Origin: Phoronis australis
Taxonomy: Eukaryota > Animalia > Phoronida
Reading direction: 5' to 3'
Assembly: GCA_002633005.1 (NCBI GenBank)
Contig: NMRA01000781.1
Location: 7,469 to 42,620, forward strand
Length of the DNA: 35,152 nucleotides
The notes under the pieces were generated by a model. That model was not told the origin of the DNA, made no database searches, and saw only the letters and a program-made list of their open reading frames with translations. Below are positions 32,001-35,152 of this stretch, in pieces (within the stretch, counting starts at the first letter, position 1; each line of letters begins with the position of its first letter). Both the position numbers and the translations under genes were made by a program.

Positions 32001-34726
32001 GGAGACGTGGCAGTATCAATTGTACAAGATTTTTCTTACCTAACAAGACACAGTTTTTCTGTCCATACCTAATTTATTCCTTATAATTGTAGTTTGTATT
32101 CTGTCAGTTCTAGTTGTATTGTTAATTCTAGTGTCTCAGGCCAACTGCAGCTGTAAGACCAATAAACTTCACCACACCTCTATAATTCAGTTCTGACAGT
32201 AAGTTCTCTTGGTCCATGGTGTGCCGTTCATCCTTGAGTAGTTCTACTCGCCAATTCTCAAGAAATCACTGATAGAGATGTCTTTCATACATACCGATAT
32301 TCACTGCTTGTCACGATTTCCTTTCTATTCATCAATAACTATTGACTTGTTTGCCATGACATCCTGCTCTGCAGGTTCATCCCAGAGTCTGTCCGTTGGC
32401 TCATCCTCAACAATCGATCGAATGAGGCCGAGAGGATCATCCACAAAGCTGCCGCCGTCAACAAGGTGGCACTACCTGCCAAGGTGTTCACAGATGAGGA
32501 GGATAAGTTAGAGGAGCATCAGGCAGACAGTCGGACATATTCCTTGATTGATCTGCTGAGTACGTGGAAGATGGCGCAGATATCACTCAACATATGGTTC
32601 AATTGGTTAGTTGCAGGTTGGGCTGATCATGCCTTTTTGATATCGGACTACAGTAGTCTTAAAGAGTTGGTCTTCAGCTGCCAGTTATAAAATGGTTTTA
32701 AGTGTAATTCTAGTGTCACATGAGTGGCGAAAATGCTTGCAGTTTCACTGGATAAACGATGATGTCAAAACACGCTTTGTGTAATAAATTGATTAATGTG
32801 CTGATAGAATAAAGGCCACCCCTGCGTATGTGTGTCCTTTGAAGTAAGCGGTCTGGCTATAAACGTGCTAGCAAAGGTAACTCAAACCTCCTGCAAAGCA
32901 GCAGTGACCTTCACCCTTCCCATTTCTGGCATTGCCACCGCTATCGTAAACGCTAGCGTTTAAGCCAGCTAGCATATGAATCATGTATAAAGTATCAATA
33001 ACAGATTGCTCTCAGGGTCTCCTTGCATAAAAAATTACCGTGTAATGTACCAAGAACTGATTGAAGTGACGTCACGGAGGTGTCAGTGACATTTGAGTTT
33101 GACATGACTAGATAATATAGAATTTTGTGATCATTAATTTTTCCATCCTTATATTCATTGTTGGTGTTGCTTGCCCTCAACAGATGTTACCAAACACTGT
33201 CTGGTTATATTGTGAGCAGCACGTAGGTCAACAACCTCTTTTTAAACAATATTATGAATGATTATATTGCTTTTTGGTCTATTAAAGGAGAAAAAATGTT
33301 TGTTTACTTATTTTTGAAATGACCATAAACAATTAACTGTGCAGTGCTCGTGCCATTTATATTTTAAAATGTTCATATTGATGTTATTTTCTTGATCAAT
33401 GGTATGGACTATCTCTCAACACAAGTAACCTGGGTGGTAGTTCGTATTGGAACTTGTTCATAATGATGTTATTGTACTCATCAGGCTCATCAATGCTCTG
33501 GTATACTACGGACTATCTCTCAACACAAGTAACCTGGGGGGAAGTCCTTATTGGAACTTCTTTGTAGCTGGAGCTGTTGAAATACCGGCATATATCTTGT
33601 GCGTTTTGCTACTAGACCGTACTGGACGCCGCAAGCTGCTCACTGTTTTGATGGTGATAGGTGGTGCCGCTTGTATATGCACCCCGATTGTAGAATCAAC
33701 CCGTCCTGGTAGGTTTTGTGTTTGGTGATTTTTAGAGCATTGTGTGGCTGGAGTCTATGGTATTAGCTCTTTACCTTATCTCAGGTAGTTACATTGCTTG
33801 TTTTGTGAAACTAGTTACTGAGGTGGCAGGACATGACTATGATATCCTGTTTACGACCCATTAGACACAACCTAACTAACCATTTCTGTATTTTAGTTGT
33901 TCGGCACCATTGAAACTGCTGTGAAACTTAGGCTATCACATCAATCATTTTCATAACCTCCTGGACCTGTCCAGACAACCGTTTAGTTCTCTCTTCGGTT
34001 AGAGAATTCAAGCAGACTCAAGCATGCTGTTAACTTTGCTGTTTTTAAGAGTAATCATCAAGTCATTTTCCTTTCTTTATTTTTTTATTTTGATACACAC
34101 TTTTCTTCTGCCATATTGTTTACAGTCAGTTTAATCACGCCTATTTCTCATTCATAAAGCTCATTTCAATTTGACTACTAACTTAGTGAAGAGTGCTACC
34201 ACATTAGAAAATTGGGCTGTTCAGTGCTATTTTGTAGGTGAACAATGCTTCTCTCCATCAACCAGGAACACCGGTGTCGCTGTTCACCCTTATCACATTA
34301 ACGGCAATATGCACAATACTGGCTGAAATAAATTGAAATGCCATGGACTGAAACTAGTAACTTTTTAATGCGTTTGGCTTCTGAAGTTAAATTTCTTGTG
34401 AAAAGTTAGCGTAGAATCCTTCTTTCGCGGAAGAAATTCGGTAAAAATAGACAAAAATTCGCGTTTGCGTCGTGACATCGAATAAAACACTGAGCGTGGT
34501 GGTTAAGAAATGAAAGATTGATATCGGGCCTCTGAAAACCAACATCATTTGAAGTACGGACTGAACGGGAGAGATTGCATACAATTACTCAAGCCATCCC
34601 ATGTGTTCATGTTACAGATCTCCAGTGGCTGTCCATCACGTTTGCCATGATAGGGAAGTGTGGAATCACTGCTTCCTATGGCATTATCTACCTCTTGGCT
34701 GCTGAGGTGTTCCCCACAGTGGTTAG
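13861..34726 (+). CDS. SLC22: SLC22-family organic cation/anion transporter-like gene, 3'-partial. Exons join(13861..14003,20323..20602,26877..26980,29245..29399,30979..31150,32375..32605,33485..33708,34618..34726)
   Basis: The manual splice gives 1418 nt of uninterrupted frame with GT-AG introns and matching phases. SLC22/MFS motifs appear in the expected order: [80 protein letters not shown]. Orthology within SLC22 cannot be assigned. Confidence 0.95.
14104..17604. mobile_element. Non-autonomous hAT-like DNA transposon with 11-bp TIRs and a 5-bp TSD
   Basis: CCAAC|CAGGGCTCGAC ... GTCGAGCCCTG|CCAAC; subterminal aggttgca/cagctcgca motifs at both ends; the interrupted host repeat rejoins as gtaccaacatggg, which is seen intact at ~17702. 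Confidence 0.8.
14617..15668. mobile_element. Nested non-autonomous element with imperfect CATG-terminated inverted ends (contains an N gap)
   Basis: Left end catgctatgaacattcccactaaa versus right end (reverse complement) catgtcgtgaacacatccactaaa; both carry an internal atttatccacctt; 15297-15668 matches 34767-35142 in inverted orientation. Confidence 0.7.
18220..19730 (+). mobile_element. Tc1/mariner-superfamily element, decayed; boundaries approximate
   Basis: Contains the transposase pseudogene; loose inverted similarity between ~18300-18425 and ~19615-19727. Confidence 0.7.
18590..19566 (+). pseudogene. Tc1/mariner transposase pseudogene with a D,D,D-type triad (maT/DD37D-like)
   Basis: Across frames: [36 protein letters not shown] (HTH), [49 protein letters not shown]. 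Multiple stops, frameshifts and deletions. Confidence 0.9.
19732..19913. repeat. 69-bp tandem repeat x ~2.6, resembling the 3' end of SLC22 exon 1
   Basis: Units begin aaaatc at 19732, 19801 and 19870; core catggtagtt(a/g)ttggc(g/a)ccacaccag(g/a)acctgg. Confidence 0.85.
20323..20602 (+). CDS. SLC22: SLC22 coding exon 2: large extracellular loop (W)CTIRNSTD...GCKAY...[19 protein letters not shown]
   Basis: Acceptor caacacag|g, donor cag|gtaaca, 280 nt. Contains conserved loop cysteines, five N-x-S/T sequons and the WEY...TIVT motif. Lies inside ORF 20264..20782. Confidence 0.93.
21810..21940. mobile_element. Possible pogo/Tc-type MITE end with TACCGCCCA subterminal repeats
   Basis: A taccatacttgaccg start is followed by four (tac/aag)cgccca motifs; no partner end identified. 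Confidence 0.3.
22616..22691. repeat. 36-bp tandem duplication cacttgatatgaggtataa(c/t)atcatggagtgtcac
   Basis: Read directly. Confidence 0.9.
23090..23680 (+). mobile_element. Penelope-like retroelement 3' remnant (GIY-YIG endonuclease, decayed)
   Basis: Translated fragments: [71 protein letters not shown]. These match the PLE pattern GVVY-YIGET-R-EH..EA..I..NRD.G. Confidence 0.8.
23815..24197. repeat. Minisatellite: 19-bp units grading into a 22-bp unit AGTAAGTCTACGATAGAACTAT
   Basis: Read directly; about 18 units in total. Confidence 0.95.
24450..25360 (+). mobile_element. 5'-truncated non-LTR retrotransposon (LINE) 3' end, decayed
   Basis: ORF pieces [67 protein letters not shown] (C-terminal CCHC), followed by a (taaa)n/A-rich tail at ~25345-25360. 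Confidence 0.85.
25627..25765. repeat. Minisatellite, 27-bp unit GCTGTCTCGTGTTCAATAACTGGCAGC x ~5
   Basis: Read directly. Confidence 0.92.
26601..26662. repeat. Interrupted (TA)n microsatellite
   Basis: Read directly. Confidence 0.95.
26877..26980 (+). CDS. SLC22: SLC22 coding exon 3: [34 protein letters not shown](K)
   Basis: Acceptor ttacag|ttt, donor aa|gtaagg, 104 nt; NLVC motif and the first half of MFS motif A. Confidence 0.95.
27487..27769 (+). mobile_element. Second copy of the Kolobok-like element end, running into an N gap
   Basis: TTAA|AGGCGAAGGC start; colinear with 4281-4560 and closer to the reverse complement of 5310-5536 (for example cattgttctacctcggttgtgataag). Confidence 0.85.
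28343..28502. repeat. Minisatellite, 36-bp unit TCCTCTGCTCCACTTAGGAGGACCTCAGATCA(G/A)T(C/T)C x ~4.4, abutting the gap
   Basis: Read directly. Confidence 0.93.
28503..28849. mobile_element. Possible pogo/Tc-type MITE right end
   Basis: Four TGTACGAA motifs and the terminus-like ending attaatagagaaaacaccg|ta. Confidence 0.35.
28988..29171. repeat. CT-rich low-complexity tract in the intron upstream of exon 4
   Basis: About 180 nt, almost entirely pyrimidines on the + strand. Confidence 0.85.
29245..29399 (+). CDS. SLC22: SLC22 coding exon 4: [51 protein letters not shown]
   Basis: Acceptor ctactccag|g, donor g|gtacca, 155 nt; completes SDKFGRRP and encodes TM3-TM4. Confidence 0.95.
30979..31150 (+). 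CDS. SLC22: SLC22 coding exon 5: [57 protein letters not shown](W)
   Basis: Acceptor cttttcag|gt, donor tg|gtaggt, 172 nt; ELVGPxxR and DWRxL motifs. Confidence 0.95.
31641..31988. repeat. Minisatellite, 39-bp unit CTATGAATACATTAAAACTGATTGCCTGTGCAG(A/G/T)TATAC x ~9
   Basis: Read directly; explains the three overlapping repeat ORFs. Confidence 0.96.
32375..32605 (+). CDS. SLC22: SLC22 coding exon 6: FIPESVRWL...central cytoplasmic loop...[21 protein letters not shown](W)
   Basis: Acceptor ctctgcag|g, donor tg|gttagt, 231 nt; PESxRWL and KAAxVN motifs. Confidence 0.95.
33485..33708 (+). CDS. SLC22: SLC22 coding exon 7: [52 protein letters not shown]...RP
   Basis: Acceptor ctcatcag|g, donor g|gtaggt, 224 nt; lies inside ORF 33447..33728. 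Confidence 0.95.
34618..34726 (+). CDS. SLC22: SLC22 coding exon 8: [36 protein letters not shown](R)
   Basis: Acceptor gttacag|at, donor ag|gtgagt, 109 nt; TM10 and the ExFPTVVR motif. The remaining exons lie beyond the window. Confidence 0.95.
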
Positions 34727-34766
34727 GTGAGTTGTTTCTTAGCCTCCAGTGGCTCAAATTGTCATC

Positions 34767-35152
34767 CATGTCGTGAACACATCCACTAAAACAAGAAACT
34801 GCAGGAACACCGCATTTATCCACCTTCACTCTTATCAGGCTTCTATTGTGAGTCAGCATGCGTAAATAATTGGCTGATAAGCCACCTCTGGAACTACTTT
34901 TGGCTGAATGGATAGACCAGGCCATAAAATGATAATTAGCCAAGACCAGTTACTATAATGCAACAAAGAATAATGTCTTGCATCACCTAGCCTTGGTGGA
35001 AAGCTGTATACTGTATTGGCTCAAACAAACGCTTAGAAAAATTCATTTCACGGGGAGGGGACGCTTATTGTAGTGAGCCTACGGCAGTTGAAACCCGGTT
35101 TCCCAAACGGGTAAAATCGGAAGCTAGGATTCATCAAATTTACGCTCTGTGA
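34767..35152. mobile_element. Second copy (inverted) of the CATG-terminated element, running off the window end
   Basis: Reverse complement of 15297-15668 at high identity; similarity stops exactly at catgtcgtgaacac. Confidence 0.85.

Noticed and set aside
31549-32086. Three overlapping 125-171 aa ORFs
   Set aside because: They are products of a 39-bp tandem repeat lacking stops in those frames, inside an SLC22 intron.

Overview
Eukaryotic, AT-rich animal-type genomic DNA from a gapped draft assembly (N runs at 5537, 15209-15295 and 27770-28342). It is probably invertebrate; that is an inference. The only intact gene I can support is a + strand, intron-containing SLC22-family (organic cation transporter-like, MFS) gene. 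I read eight coding exons from 13861 to 34726, about 472 codons with matching phases and GT-AG introns, and the gene runs off the right end. The upstream region and introns hold decayed transposons: a TTAA-flanked Kolobok-like THAP element (two loci), a hAT-like element with a 5-bp target duplication and a nested insertion, a Tc1/mariner pseudo-transposase, a Penelope-like GIY-YIG remnant and a LINE 3' end. There are also many minisatellites. The most unusual structures are (i) repeated intronic copies of the gene's own exon/intron boundaries and (ii) a transposon whose ~300-bp inverted repeats each contain a promoter-like motif plus the first codons of its THAP gene. I found no CRISPR array, no prokaryotic system and no convincing wholly new system. 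All alignments and translations were done by eye.
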